Assembly: GCA_963664225.1 (NCBI GenBank)
Contig: OY760937.1
Location: 3,072,001-3,136,000, forward strand
Reading direction: 5' to 3'
DNA length: 64,000 bases
From: Verrucomicrobiia bacterium
Lineage (GTDB): Bacteria > Verrucomicrobiota > Verrucomicrobiia > Limisphaerales > UBA1319
The notes beneath the pieces are model-generated. The model ran no database searches and was not told the origin of the DNA. It saw only the letters and a list, made by a program, of their open reading frames with translations. The translations under genes and the position numbers were made by a program. Shown here piece after piece: positions 8,863 through 18,972 of the stretch (positions are counted from its first letter, which is position 1; each line of letters starts with the position of its first letter).

Positions 8863-11800
8863 TTATGGACCTGTTCTAATCGGAATCGCTTTCACGCCAT
8901 AAACGCCCAGTGGGAGCCACACGCCCCGGTTCAACGCACCGTCGGCCTTGCTTAAATCGGCCCAATAGCAGCCATTGTAATCGCTGGTGGCCACGAACCT
9001 CGGTTTGGCAGGATCGGTCGCATCATACAGGAGATAAGCACCGTTATAGTCATGAGCCACCAGCAAATCCCCGAACAAAACCAGGGAATCCGCCGGACTT
9101 TTCAATGTGGTCGCGCCAAGTTTGATGAATTTCCCGTTGTCGCCAAGCATCCACGATTCAATGGTGTTGAGATTATTGGTCGTCGTGTCGGCGTGCCCGA
9201 TCAACAGTTTGTTTCCCGACAGGACGATGGGATGTGCGCCGGAACTTAGCGACAGGGAGTCCACGTAGTGAGCCGAAACGCCGTCATAAGCCAGGGCGTC
9301 AAGCCACATGGACCAATCGGTCGTGCCATCCGGCTTCCAACGATAGCTGGCGGTATAAACCACAGCGCCTTGATGGGAGATTGCAGCCAGGCTTCCGGGC
9401 ACGTTGACCGGCTTGCGCGTGATCGGATTGGTGGGATCCGTGAAATCAACCACGTCCAAATAGTAGCGATACACCCACGATCCATATACTGGCCCGTTCG
9501 TGTCGTAGATGACGGTCACTGGTTTCACGGCGCCACCAACGGAACCGATGGCAGGCGCCGGAATAAATTCCGATTCCTGATGTGTGACATAAAGGAGTGA
9601 ATTTTGGGAGAACGCCTGGCTGAATCCCCAACGGTTGGTGTCGTTGAGGGTGACTTGGGAAACGAACTGCGGGTTCGCCGCATCGCTGACATTAAACGCG
9701 GTGAATCGTTCGTTCTGGCCCCCGTACCACGGATAATATCCAGGCATGATGGCCATCTTGGGTTGGGCTGCGTCAAGAGCCATGTAAGGCCAATAATAGC
9801 CGTTGCCCGAACCAGCGAGAACGAGGACATCCTCCCTGGGCCAGAGCATTTGCAGCCCATAAGCCGAATAGTTGCTGAGGCTCAGACTCTCCTTCCCGAG
9901 TCGTGTGATTGAAGGTAGTTGGCTGATGTCAAATACGGATAGAATCAGAGTTGGCGGCGGGGTATTCGTATCCACGGTCGCACCGGTGGCATCCGTGGCA
10001 GCAAGGAGCCATGGATAATAATAGGTTGCAGCCTGCGCGACATAGAGACGATTCCCATGAATGGCGGCACATGCCATGTTCAGGTTGTCCTCCAAGGTTA
10101 ACTTGGTGAGAATTTCACTGGTCTGATTCGCGCGGGCCACTCTCAGGATGGGAGCGGAGGGCACGGACTGCCAATAGAAGTAATTCTGGGCATTGGCGAA
10201 CTCCAGTAGATAGTCTCCCGATAGCAGGACCTGATCGGCCGACCAGGCCAGATCAACTGTGGCAAGGGTCTTGGGGTTGTCCCGATCCGCAGCATCGACA
10301 CCGAGCAACTCCCATCCGCTGATGGAGAGAATGGCGTCGCGATGCAACGTGGCGCGACGGGGCGTCAGAGGATGATCGATGACACCGCGCAGTTTGAGGG
10401 CATTGGTGGAGGCATCGGCCAGGTTGAGATCGATCAACTGAACGCGATTGGCCACGCCATTGGTCTGGTATCCCTGATAGGGCACCAGGATCAAATGCTC
10501 GTCCGGCATCACGTTGAACGCCTTTTCATCGTTGTTGGCCTCGCTCCAGGAGTAGTTGTCGCCAATCGGCACTTTGCTCACCAGGGTTGGTTTGGAGGGA
10601 TCGCTCACATCGAACAGTGACACGGCCACGCGCCAGGAATTGCTATTATCGATGCCAATCGTCAGCAACTGGTTGCCCAGCGGTTCGATATAGGTGGACC
10701 AGCCGGGAACCTCCAATTTGCCCTGGATGGCTGGTTTGGCTGGATTCGAGAGATCGACCACCCAGAGAGGATCGATTTGGAAAAACGTCACGATATAGGC
10801 GCGGTTGCCATCAAAGCGGGTGGCATGCAGTTGATCGCCATGAGCCAACTCGAGTTTGCCCAGCGCCACTGGCTTGGATGGATCGGCCAGGGAGTATGTT
10901 TGCAGCGTGGTCACCCAGCGACGGACGGTGTCCCATGAAGCCGAGATGACGGTGAAGGTGTCACCGCTGACATTCATTTTGAACTTGTCCTGGACCCATC
11001 CGGCCGGGGTGATTTTCGACAGGCTCTTGATGGCGCCATCCGGCGCGGAGATATCAAAAACCTGAATGCTGGATTGATACCAAATGGAGGGTTCCTGGAC
11101 GCCGACGAACAGATACTGATCCGTGGCGGTGATGACGTTACCGTAGCCCGAGGTCCAAGCCGAGCCTTTGGAAACGGGCTTGCCGGGATCGGAGAGGTCA
11201 AAGGAGGTAATCATCGTGCCCCATTCCCAGCCATTGTTGGGATCGTTCGCAATGGGACGACTGGTTTCCGAGGCAACGTATAACGCCGTGCCCACCATGC
11301 GACTCTCCTGGATGTAACCCGGCACCGTCAGTGTGGAATCCACCGAGGGCTTTCCCGCATCGATCCGGGCGATGATCACCCGGCTGTCCGGGCCCGAGCA
11401 CCAATTGCGAGTGAGCAACACCGCATGATTCGAATCGACCAGATACATCTGCTCGCCAGACGCAGGCAGGTCAAGAGTTCCCGTGACCACAGGAAGGGCC
11501 GGGCTGGAAATATCGATCACCTGCAGGCCCCGGTATTGATTGAAGAAATACATCGTGTCTCCGTCGATCTTCCAGATGTCCGATTCCACCACCGTGCGGG
11601 TGGCCGTTGTGCCGCTGGTATCGACGCCCGGAGTGGCGGCGACGCCCTTTGTATCGGTGAAGAGGGTGCCTGTATCGATGGTTGTTGGCGAGCCCGCGTC
11701 CGCAAAGCTCGTTTGGCCCTGGTAAAAAAAGGCGGGGAGGGCTTCCTGGGCATCCGCGCGCACGCGCAGCAATTCCAGAGATTCGGTCTTGGGAAGCGTG

Positions 11801-12114
11801 AAAGTGATCGTTCCGCCCTGGCGATCCTGCAGACGCTGTACTGCGGCTGGGGCCCATGTGCCCGCACCCAGACGGCTCCGGCTCTCGAGGGTGACTTTGG
11901 TCACCCCAGAGGGAACGTTAACGCTTACGATAATGTTGGTGGCATCCGTTCGAACATCGGTAATGACCGGTTGTTCGAGTTGTACTAGCTCCGAAGCTGC
12001 GCGCAGCGGCGATTCGACAGGCACACCTGCCAACAAGAAGCCAAACCAGAGAGCGACGCTGACGAGCAGGGTCGTCCGACCGAAGAGCGGCCGGAAAATA
12101 TTCTGAGTTTTCAT
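8863..12114 (-). CDS. Secreted beta-propeller domain protein (Beta_propel-like, LVIVD-type repeats)
   Basis: Signal peptide from MKTQNIF; VVESDIWK, ATRFDGNRAYIVTF, DPLWVVDLSNP, GKLEVPGWSTYI motifs; repeated 'D(L/I/V)SDP.KP' blades. Confidence 0.85.
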   Translation of the reverse strand: MKTQNIFRPLFGRTTLLVSVALWFGFLLAGVPVESPLRAASELVQLEQPVITDVRTDATNIIVSVNVPSGVTKVTLESRSRLGAGTWAPAAVQRLQDRQGGTITFTLPKTESLELLRVRADAQEALPAFFYQGQTSFADAGSPTTIDTGTLFTDTKGVAATPGVDTSGTTATRTVVESDIWKIDGDTMYFFNQYRGLQVIDISSPALPVVTGTLDLPASGEQMYLVDSNHAVLLTRNWCSGPDSRVIIARIDAGKPSVDSTLTVPGYIQESRMVGTALYVASETSRPIANDPNNGWEWGTMITSFDLSDPGKPVSKGSAWTSGYGNVITATDQYLFVGVQEPSIWYQSSIQVFDISAPDGAIKSLSKITPAGWVQDKFKMNVSGDTFTVISASWDTVRRWVTTLQTYSLADPSKPVALGKLELAHGDQLHATRFDGNRAYIVTFFQIDPLWVVDLSNPAKPAIQGKLEVPGWSTYIEPLGNQLLTIGIDNSNSWRVAVSLFDVSDPSKPTLVSKVPIGDNYSWSEANNDEKAFNVMPDEHLILVPYQGYQTNGVANRVQLIDLNLADASTNALKLRGVIDHPLTPRRATLHRDAILSISGWELLGVDAADRDNPKTLATVDLAWSADQVLLSGDYLLEFANAQNYFYWQSVPSAPILRVARANQTSEILTKLTLEDNLNMACAAIHGNRLYVAQAATYYYPWLLAATDATGATVDTNTPPPTLILSVFDISQLPSITRLGKESLSLSNYSAYGLQMLWPREDVLVLAGSGNGYYWPYMALDAAQPKMAIMPGYYPWYGGQNERFTAFNVSDAANPQFVSQVTLNDTNRWGFSQAFSQNSLLYVTHQESEFIPAPAIGSVGGAVKPVTVIYDTNGPVYGSWVYRYYLDVVDFTDPTNPITRKPVNVPGSLAAISHQGAVVYTASYRWKPDGTTDWSMWLDALAYDGVSAHYVDSLSLSSGAHPIVLSGNKLLIGHADTTTNNLNTIESWMLGDNGKFIKLGATTLKSPADSLVLFGDLLVAHDYNGAYLLYDATDPAKPRFVATSDYNGCYWADLSKADGALNRGVWLPLGVYGVKAIPIRTGP

Positions 12115-12229
12115 ACGAAAAGCACCGAAAAAATTGATTTTATCCAACCGACTGACATACAATCTACTACTTTATTGGCCCTTGTTCAACCGCGCATTCC
12201 GGAATTAAACAGGTTTCAGCGTTGCGCCT

Positions 12230-12270
12230 AAAAAGCAAAATCCGGGGCGGTTATCAACCAACCCCGGATT
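12230..12270 (-). terminator. Intrinsic terminator downstream of leuA
   Basis: AATCCGGGG...CCCCGGATT stem followed by TTGCTTTTT on the minus strand. Confidence 0.75.
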
Positions 12271-12356
12271 CCGTTTTTTATCCGGTCTTGTGAACCGGTT
12301 TTGAAACACGCGGCAGGGATCGCCCGACGCGCAAAGTGTCGTTCGCGGACGCCGCC

Positions 12357-13928
12357 TCAGGGAGGCGTGACCTGCCGGGCCTGTTCCGCGCCCACGCAGA
12401 GCCGACGGTTGACAGCATTGAGGTAGGCACGCGCGCTGGCCTCGATGACATCCGTGCTTGCGCCCTTGCCTGGAACGAGGTTGCCATCGCCAAAATTGAC
12501 CTTGATGGTGACTTCGCCCAGGGCGTCCTTGCCCTGCGACACCGCGCGCAAGGAATACTCCATCAACTTGCCCTGCGTATTCGTGAGCCGGTCAATCGCC
12601 TTGAGCGCGGCATCCACCGGGCCGTCTCCGATGCTGGCGTCCTGGTGGGGCGCGTCCTCTTTGGACGCGCCGGCCTTCTTGAGCCGCACGGTGGCGGTGG
12701 GGACCATCTGGTTGCCGGTCGAGACGCTGATATAATCGAGCGACCAGGTTTCCACGACCTCGGTGATGTGGCCGCCGACCAACGCCGAGAGATCGTCGTC
12801 ATAGACAAATTTCTTTTTGTCGCCGATTTCCTTGAACCGGAGGAAAATCGCGGCGATGTCCGCCTCGGACAACTTGAACCCGAGGAATTTCAAACGGGAG
12901 GCCACGGCTGCGCGGCCGCTGTGCTTGGTGAGCGGCAATTCGGTGAGACCCCAGCCGACTTCCACCGGGTCCATGATTTCGTAGGTCTCGCGTTTCTTGA
13001 GCACCCCATCCTGATGAATGCCGCTGGCGTGGGCGAACGCGTTCTCGCCCACAATCGCCTTGTTGCGTTGAACCAAGAGGCTGCACATGCGGGAGACCAG
13101 GCGCGAGGACTTGACGATTTCGTGAGTGTTCAATCCGCAATCAAACCCCGCGTAATAATCGTTTCGCGTCTTGAGCGCCATGACGACCTCCTCAAGCGCG
13201 GCGTTTCCGGCGCGTTCCCCGATGCCGTTGACGGTGCATTCGACCTGGCGGGCGCCTGCGCGTACGGCGGCGAGGGAATTGGCCACGGCCATGCCGAGAT
13301 CGTTGTGGCAATGCACGCTGATCACCGCCGCGCCGGATTGGAACTCCGGCACTTCACGGTAAAGATGGCCGATGAGCGCTCCGAATTCCTCGGGAACGGC
13401 CCATCCCACGGTATCGGGAATGTTCACCGTGGTGGCCCCGGCGGCGATCACCGCCTTGCAGACGCGCACGAGAAAATCCGGTTCCGTGCGCGAACCGTCC
13501 TCGGGCGAGAACTCCACATTCTCGACGAACGTGCGGGCGAGCTTCACTCCTTCGACGGCCAGGCGAACGATCTCGTCCTGCGGCTTGCCGAGTTTGAATT
13601 CGCGGTGGATTTTCGACGTGGCCAAAAACACATGAATGCGGCCGCGCTTTCCCGCAGGCTTGACCGCCGCCGCCGCCGCCTCGATATCCGCAGGCACGCA
13701 TCGCGCCAAACCGGCGATCATGGGCCCCTTGATCTCGCGGGCGATCGTCTGCACGGCCGTGAAATCCCCTTCGCTGATGACCGGGAATCCGGCTTCAATC
13801 ACATCGACCTGCAGGCGGGCCAGCTGCCGTGCGACCTCGAGCTTCTCGCGGAGGTTCATGGACGCGCCAGGGCACTGCTCTCCATCACGGAGAGTCGTAT
13901 CGAATATGATGATGCGGTTGTTTTTCAT
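12357..13928 (-). CDS. leuA: 2-isopropylmalate synthase
   Basis: [39 protein letters not shown]-terminal GDGPVDA regulatory domain. Confidence 0.98.
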   Translation of the reverse strand: MKNNRIIIFDTTLRDGEQCPGASMNLREKLEVARQLARLQVDVIEAGFPVISEGDFTAVQTIAREIKGPMIAGLARCVPADIEAAAAAVKPAGKRGRIHVFLATSKIHREFKLGKPQDEIVRLAVEGVKLARTFVENVEFSPEDGSRTEPDFLVRVCKAVIAAGATTVNIPDTVGWAVPEEFGALIGHLYREVPEFQSGAAVISVHCHNDLGMAVANSLAAVRAGARQVECTVNGIGERAGNAALEEVVMALKTRNDYYAGFDCGLNTHEIVKSSRLVSRMCSLLVQRNKAIVGENAFAHASGIHQDGVLKKRETYEIMDPVEVGWGLTELPLTKHSGRAAVASRLKFLGFKLSEADIAAIFLRFKEIGDKKKFVYDDDLSALVGGHITEVVETWSLDYISVSTGNQMVPTATVRLKKAGASKEDAPHQDASIGDGPVDAALKAIDRLTNTQGKLMEYSLRAVSQGKDALGEVTIKVNFGDGNLVPGKGASTDVIEASARAYLNAVNRRLCVGAEQARQVTPP

Positions 13929-13941
13929 ATGTTATAAACGC

Positions 13942-14107
13942 AAAAAACCCCATCGCTTTTTAGGGCGGTGGGGTTGCAAAATTCCTGATTGGAACACTAA
14001 AACCCGGCCGCCACGCTGCTTAGCAGCAGCGCGCTCATCAGGGCCAGTCGGGCATTCGTGTCAACCATCATTGCCGCCACTCTATACCGCTTGTGACAGC
14101 GAGTCAA
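13942..14107 (-). promoter_or_regulatory. Leucine transcription attenuator (promoter, leader peptide, antiterminator, terminator)
   Basis: TTGACT-N17-TAGAGT promoter; Leu-rich leader ORF; terminator AACCCCACCGC...GCGATGGGGTTTTTT at 13975-13942; GGCGG..GGGTT in the leader can pair with the terminator 5' arm. Confidence 0.85.
13997..14071 (-). CDS. leuL: leu leader peptide MMVDTNARLALMSALLLSSVAAGF
   Basis: 24 aa with 5 Leu including CTG-CTG-CTA; ATG lies 7 nt after the -10 box, upstream of the terminator and leuA. Confidence 0.75.
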   Translation of the reverse strand: MMVDTNARLALMSALLLSSVAAGF

Positions 14108-14997
14108 GCGACAAAATTCGGGACCTGCGCGGGGCCGAATCCGTGCTTGTTTATCAGGCGCACAAATTCCGCGATGCCGCGCTTTTCGTCCGCGCCCAAA
14201 TGGTAATGGATGTGCCACGTCAGATAGTCGCGGCGAAAATCCATAGTGTATTCCGTGCGGTCCCGGATGATTGAGTCGATCGTGTCCAATCCAAAGTCCC
14301 GCGCCTCGCGCAACTGGAGGCGCATCGAGGCGTTTTCAACACCCCGTCGCAACGCCCACACCGCAAACGTGAAGGGCAGGCCGGTCAGTTCAAACCATGC
14401 GCTGCCCAGGTCGAAAATCTCGTGAGTGTGCGGTCCCGTGAAATAATCCAGCGCGCGGTCGCCGATCAACAGCGCGCAATCCGGCAGAGGCTCGCTGGCA
14501 TCGCGTAACAGGGGCTTGAACTCAGGCTTCACTCCTCGTTCGGCCAGTAGCACGCGCAACAAGTTGAAACCGGAGATGGAGGCCGGATCGCAATACACTT
14601 CCTGAATCTCGGCGATCGGTTTCTTATGCAGCAGGAGCACGCTTTGCACTTCCCCAAGGCTGCCGATGCCGATGCCATCCAGCACATCGTAACGGTCCTG
14701 AAGCACCACCTCGGCCAGGCTCACCAGCGCGGCGTCCAGTTCGTCTGCGGCCAGCATCCGCGCCAGCTCGGAGGGAAAGACGCGGATGACCTGGTCCTCA
14801 ATGCCGCGAACCAGCGGCGCGGCGTTCAGATACGGCACGGACCCCACGCGGAACGGAGCCAGGCATTCGTTCAAACGATCCTCGCGCTGGACGTGGCGAG
14901 CCCGTTCCTCACGCTCCAACCGATGGATCAATTCCTCCGGCGTTTCCAGAGGAGCCATCTTGAGCTTGGGCAATGGTTCGTCTTTTTGGTCTGGCAT
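14104..14997 (-). CDS. mqnA: Chorismate dehydratase (futalosine menaquinone pathway)
   Basis: RVGSVPYLNAAPL, ALLIGDRAL, DLGSAWFELTGLPFTFAVW motifs. Confidence 0.92.
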   Translation of the reverse strand: MPDQKDEPLPKLKMAPLETPEELIHRLEREERARHVQREDRLNECLAPFRVGSVPYLNAAPLVRGIEDQVIRVFPSELARMLAADELDAALVSLAEVVLQDRYDVLDGIGIGSLGEVQSVLLLHKKPIAEIQEVYCDPASISGFNLLRVLLAERGVKPEFKPLLRDASEPLPDCALLIGDRALDYFTGPHTHEIFDLGSAWFELTGLPFTFAVWALRRGVENASMRLQLREARDFGLDTIDSIIRDRTEYTMDFRRDYLTWHIHYHLGADEKRGIAEFVRLINKHGFGPAQVPNFVA

Positions 14998-15217
14998 TGA
15001 TTTGATTCGATTAACGGACGTAGCAGACCGGCGCGCGAGAATCGGCAACCACGACTTTCTCCATGCTGGTCTTTCACATGTCCATGGCATTGATCGGGTG
15101 GGCCGCTTTGTCGGTGCTCCACATTATAATTGGCATGTTATTTGTTAAATGTGCGGCTTTAATAGTGTGGTCTGTTCCGAGAAGGAGATCAGGATTCAGG
15201 GAATTGAATTTGCATTC

Positions 15218-16240
15218 TCAATGTTGGGTTGAAACAAGCCCCTGCGGATTTTGTTCCTGCCAGCGCCAGCCGTCGCGGCACATGGAGGGGAGATCGTGAC
15301 GGGCTTTCCATCCCAACAAGCGCAGCGCTTTGTCGGCGTTGGCATAGCAAGCGGCAATATCCCCAGGACGGCGGGCCACCATCCGGTGATTGATCTTTCT
15401 GCCTGTGGCCTTCTCAAAGGCAGAGATGACTTCCAGCACGCTATAGCCCACGCCCGTGCCCAGATTGATCGCCTCGGCGCCCTGGAGTTTATCCAGATTT
15501 GCCACTGCCAGCACATGGCCCTCCGCCAGGTCCACCACATGCAGGTAATCCCGCACACCCGTGCCATCTTTCGTCGGATAATCATTCCCGTAAACCGAAA
15601 GCTGTGGGAGCTTACCGATGGCCACCTGGGTGAGATACGGAAACAAGTTGTTCGGAATGCCGTTGGGATCCTCGCCGATCTTGCCGGAGGCATGCGCCCC
15701 CACCGGGTTAAAATAGCGCAACAATGCCATTTTCCAGCGTTTGTCCGCCTTGGCCAGATCCCGCAGCATTTCCTCAATAAAGAGCTTGGTGCGTCCGTAA
15801 GGATTGGTCGCCGAAAGCGGTGCTTCCTCTGTCAGTGGCAGTTGCCTGGCCTCGCCATAGACGGTTGCCGAGGAGCTGAAAACCAATCGATGGCAATCGT
15901 GGGCCGCCATGGTTTCCAGCAGGACGAGGGTGGAAACCAGGTTGTTGTCGTAATACTCCAAAGGTTTTTGCACTGATTCGCCCACGGCCTTCAGACCGGC
16001 AAAATGAATCACGGCCTCGATGCGATGGGTCTCAAAGACCTTCCTTAACGCAGCCCTGTTCCGCAAATCCATCTCATACATCTGGAAGGTGCGTCCGGTG
16101 ATCTGCCGTACGCGATTGAGTGCCTCGGGCTTGCTATTGCCGTAGTTATCGAGTGCCACCACCTCATAGCCCGCTTCGAGCAGGGCGACCAGGGTATGAC
16201 TGCCAATATAGCCGGCTGCGCCGGTAACAAGAATAGACAT
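15218..16240 (-). CDS. galE: UDP-glucose 4-epimerase
   Basis: GAAGYIGSH, HFAGLKAVGES, FSSSATVYG, YGRTK, LRYFNPVGAH. Confidence 0.97.
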   Translation of the reverse strand: MSILVTGAAGYIGSHTLVALLEAGYEVVALDNYGNSKPEALNRVRQITGRTFQMYEMDLRNRAALRKVFETHRIEAVIHFAGLKAVGESVQKPLEYYDNNLVSTLVLLETMAAHDCHRLVFSSSATVYGEARQLPLTEEAPLSATNPYGRTKLFIEEMLRDLAKADKRWKMALLRYFNPVGAHASGKIGEDPNGIPNNLFPYLTQVAIGKLPQLSVYGNDYPTKDGTGVRDYLHVVDLAEGHVLAVANLDKLQGAEAINLGTGVGYSVLEVISAFEKATGRKINHRMVARRPGDIAACYANADKALRLLGWKARHDLPSMCRDGWRWQEQNPQGLVSTQH

Positions 16241-16818
16241 AAAAAAAGAGAGGTCAGGCTTCTGAGATCAGAGGTCTGAAGGCAGAAGCTTGCAGTATGG
16301 AAACCATTAATCGTTCGGTCGGGGAATTTGGGATAAGTCAAACCAAAGGCGCACTTCGTGCCGGTCAATTCGCAGGGGTTTGTTCACCGGGCGATGTAAC
16401 ATGTTACGCCACAGATAAGTTCATAACCGCTGAGATTGCGGACCGGCGCGTCAGCACCCAGACTACTGACCATCGTTAAAAGTCACCAGACGCATAAGCT
16501 TGCGCATGACGGTTGTGTTTACAGCATGATTTCCCTGTCTGCTGGAATCCGATGCCTGGACTTCTAAAAACAAAGTTGGATTTTGACCATAAATCGATGC
16601 AAATGCAAGTGCTGGAGTCGAAAAGTCAAAAGTCAAAAAGGAAGAGGCCGTCACAGGATTAATGAGTGGCGTGGATGGATCGTTTTAAGCAATGGTGGCA
16701 TCCGGGTTGTATGTCGGTCCATGGCGTTTTCCTGCATCCTGATGCAGGAAAACCTCAGGTCCTGGCGAAAAGCCGGGGCGAGCCTTGAATCGGGCCGGGA
16801 ACCGGGTAGAATGTGATT

Positions 16819-17379
16819 ATGCCACTCGACACGCTTCCTGGGCCAGCGGAGCAGCCGGCCAACACCCAGTTGGCCCGGATTGTCCTGATGGCATATTTGC
16901 TCACATTCATTTCGGCGCGCGTGCTGGTGTTCCTGATCATGTCCCGGCGAATTCCCGATTTTTATTTGCACATAGGCGGAACCCACATTCACCATCTGAA
17001 CTACGGTATTTTTCTGTTGTCTATTCTGGGGGCGTTTCTGCTTTTCAATCGACCGGATGGACGGATTTTAAGAATTGCGGCCGGGGTTTATGGGGTTGGG
17101 ATGGCGCTGACTTACGATGAGTTCGGGATGTGGATTCGATTAAGCGGGCACTATTGGCAACGGGCCAGTGTGGACGCCATCGGCGTCCTGGCGGCGGTGT
17201 TTGGCCTGATCGCCTATGCGCCGTCAATCAAAAGGTTCCGTCCCCGCCACTGGGGGAGCGCGGTGGTGGTGACGCTGGCGGTGGCCGTGTTTTTCGCGAT
17301 GCTCGCCGAGTCCTTCCACTACGCGCGCCGGGTGATGGGCCCCAGGCTCGAGCTTATTGAATCCAACGGGCCGCAATGA
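16819..17379 (+). CDS. Hypothetical integral membrane protein (HIHH motif)
   Basis: About 5 hydrophobic segments; GGTHIHHLNYG and DEFGMW conserved-looking motifs; TTGAAT-N16-TAGAAT promoter just upstream. Confidence 0.75.
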   Translation: MPLDTLPGPAEQPANTQLARIVLMAYLLTFISARVLVFLIMSRRIPDFYLHIGGTHIHHLNYGIFLLSILGAFLLFNRPDGRILRIAAGVYGVGMALTYDEFGMWIRLSGHYWQRASVDAIGVLAAVFGLIAYAPSIKRFRPRHWGSAVVVTLAVAVFFAMLAESFHYARRVMGPRLELIESNGPQ

Positions 17380-17518
17380 GATGTGGTGGGCGATGGGCGG
17401 CGCGATGGGGAGCAAAGCCTTTGCTATCCCACCCCTTTTTCCATGCCGAATTAACTTGAAAGCGCGTTCCTAAAGTGGCTTTTATAAACAGACACTCAAA
17501 CCCGATACCAATATAACC

Positions 17519-18847
17519 ATGAAAAGACGCAGTTTTCTCAAATCCGCCGCCATTGTCGGCGCGGGCGCGCTCATCCTCCCCAAGGCCAGGCTGTTTGGCG
17601 CGGATGCCGCCAGCAACAAATTAAACATCGCCCTCATTGGCACCTGGGGCCGCGGCGAAGCGCACTTCGACGCGATCTCGAGCGAGAACGTGGTAGCGCT
17701 GTGCGACGTCAACGAAGACCATCTGGCTTTCGGCGCCAAGCGGTTCCCCAATGCCAAGACTTATGTGGATTGGCGCAAGTGTTTGGAGCAGAAAGATATT
17801 AACGCCGTCGTCTGCTGCACCGCCGATCATCATCACGCCTTTGTGGCCACCTGGGCCATGAACCGCGGCATGCATGTTTATTGCGAAAAGCCTTTGGCCA
17901 ACTGCGTCGAAGAGGCCCGGACGGTTCGCGAAACTTACCTCAAAAATAAAAACAAACTGGCCACTCAGTGCGGCACACAGCGCCACGAATTCGAGAATTT
18001 CAATCGCGTGCGCGAGATGATCCGGGACGGGGCCATTGGGAAATTGGAGTCGGTCAGCACCTGGGGTAACCGTCAGATTCCCAAACCCGGCTATTTCCCG
18101 GCCGCAGGCGAACCGCCCAAGAATCTCCATTATGACCTGTGGATTGGGCCCTCGCCGATGCATCCCTACAATCCGGGCTATTTCGTGGGCGGCCCCGGCA
18201 TGAATTGCCTCTCCTGGAACATGTATTGGGATTTCGGTAACGGCCAGATCGGCGATATGGGCAGCCACACCATGGATATTGCCTGGAATGCCATCGACGC
18301 CAAATTGCCCACAGCCGCCGAAGCCAAGGGCGAGCCATACAATCCGGAGGTCAGCCCCGTCCGCATGGAAATGCACATGGATCATCCCGCCAACGATTGG
18401 CGCAAGGGTATCCGCGTTTCCTGGTATCAGGGTGGTGCCATGCCGGAATCCCCGACCCGCATGATCGACCTGAACAAGATCGATCACGGCGCCATGTTCG
18501 AAGGCTCGGAAGGCGTTCTGGTTTCTGACTTTACGCAGCGCGTATTGTTCCCAAATGGCGACAAGTCCAACATGTCCTATTACAAGCCTCGCGCCAAAGA
18601 GGACATGATTCCGCGGATGGGCAATTTCCAGAAGCAATGGATCAACGCCTGCAAGAGCGATCTTAAGACCGCCTGCGACTTCGAATACAGCGGCAACATG
18701 ATCGAGAACATGCTCCTGGGCATGGTCGCTTATCGTGTGGGCAAGAAAATCGAATACGACAACGTTGCCGGCAAGGTGACCAACAGCCCCGAGGCGGATG
18801 CGCTGCTGCGTCGCAAATACCGCGACGGTTGGCCGCTTAACGGTTAG
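17519..18847 (+). CDS. Tat-exported Gfo/Idh/MocA oxidoreductase
   Basis: MKRRSFLK Tat motif; VYCEKPL, TQCGTQR, GDMGSH. Confidence 0.93.
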   Translation: MKRRSFLKSAAIVGAGALILPKARLFGADAASNKLNIALIGTWGRGEAHFDAISSENVVALCDVNEDHLAFGAKRFPNAKTYVDWRKCLEQKDINAVVCCTADHHHAFVATWAMNRGMHVYCEKPLANCVEEARTVRETYLKNKNKLATQCGTQRHEFENFNRVREMIRDGAIGKLESVSTWGNRQIPKPGYFPAAGEPPKNLHYDLWIGPSPMHPYNPGYFVGGPGMNCLSWNMYWDFGNGQIGDMGSHTMDIAWNAIDAKLPTAAEAKGEPYNPEVSPVRMEMHMDHPANDWRKGIRVSWYQGGAMPESPTRMIDLNKIDHGAMFEGSEGVLVSDFTQRVLFPNGDKSNMSYYKPRAKEDMIPRMGNFQKQWINACKSDLKTACDFEYSGNMIENMLLGMVAYRVGKKIEYDNVAGKVTNSPEADALLRRKYRDGWPLNG

Positions 18848-18874
18848 ACCTATTCACTGTTTTTCGTTTATCAC

Positions 18875-18911
18875 GCTCCCGTCGTCCGCGAAGGCGACGG
18901 GAGTTTTTTTT
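18875..18911 (+). terminator. Intrinsic terminator
   Basis: CTCCCGTCGTC/GGCGACGGGAG stem followed by T8. Confidence 0.9.
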
Positions 18912-18972
18912 AATCCGTAAAACAGCCGAGGCCCCATTCTGCGAACTTGCAAGTCAGCACAGCAGTCAGGCG

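Noticed and set aside
16250..16640. Short low-complexity iterations (AGGTCAG/AGATCAG; AAAAGTC x3)
   Set aside because: Only 2-3 degenerate units; no spacer structure, so not a CRISPR array or a functional repeat I can support
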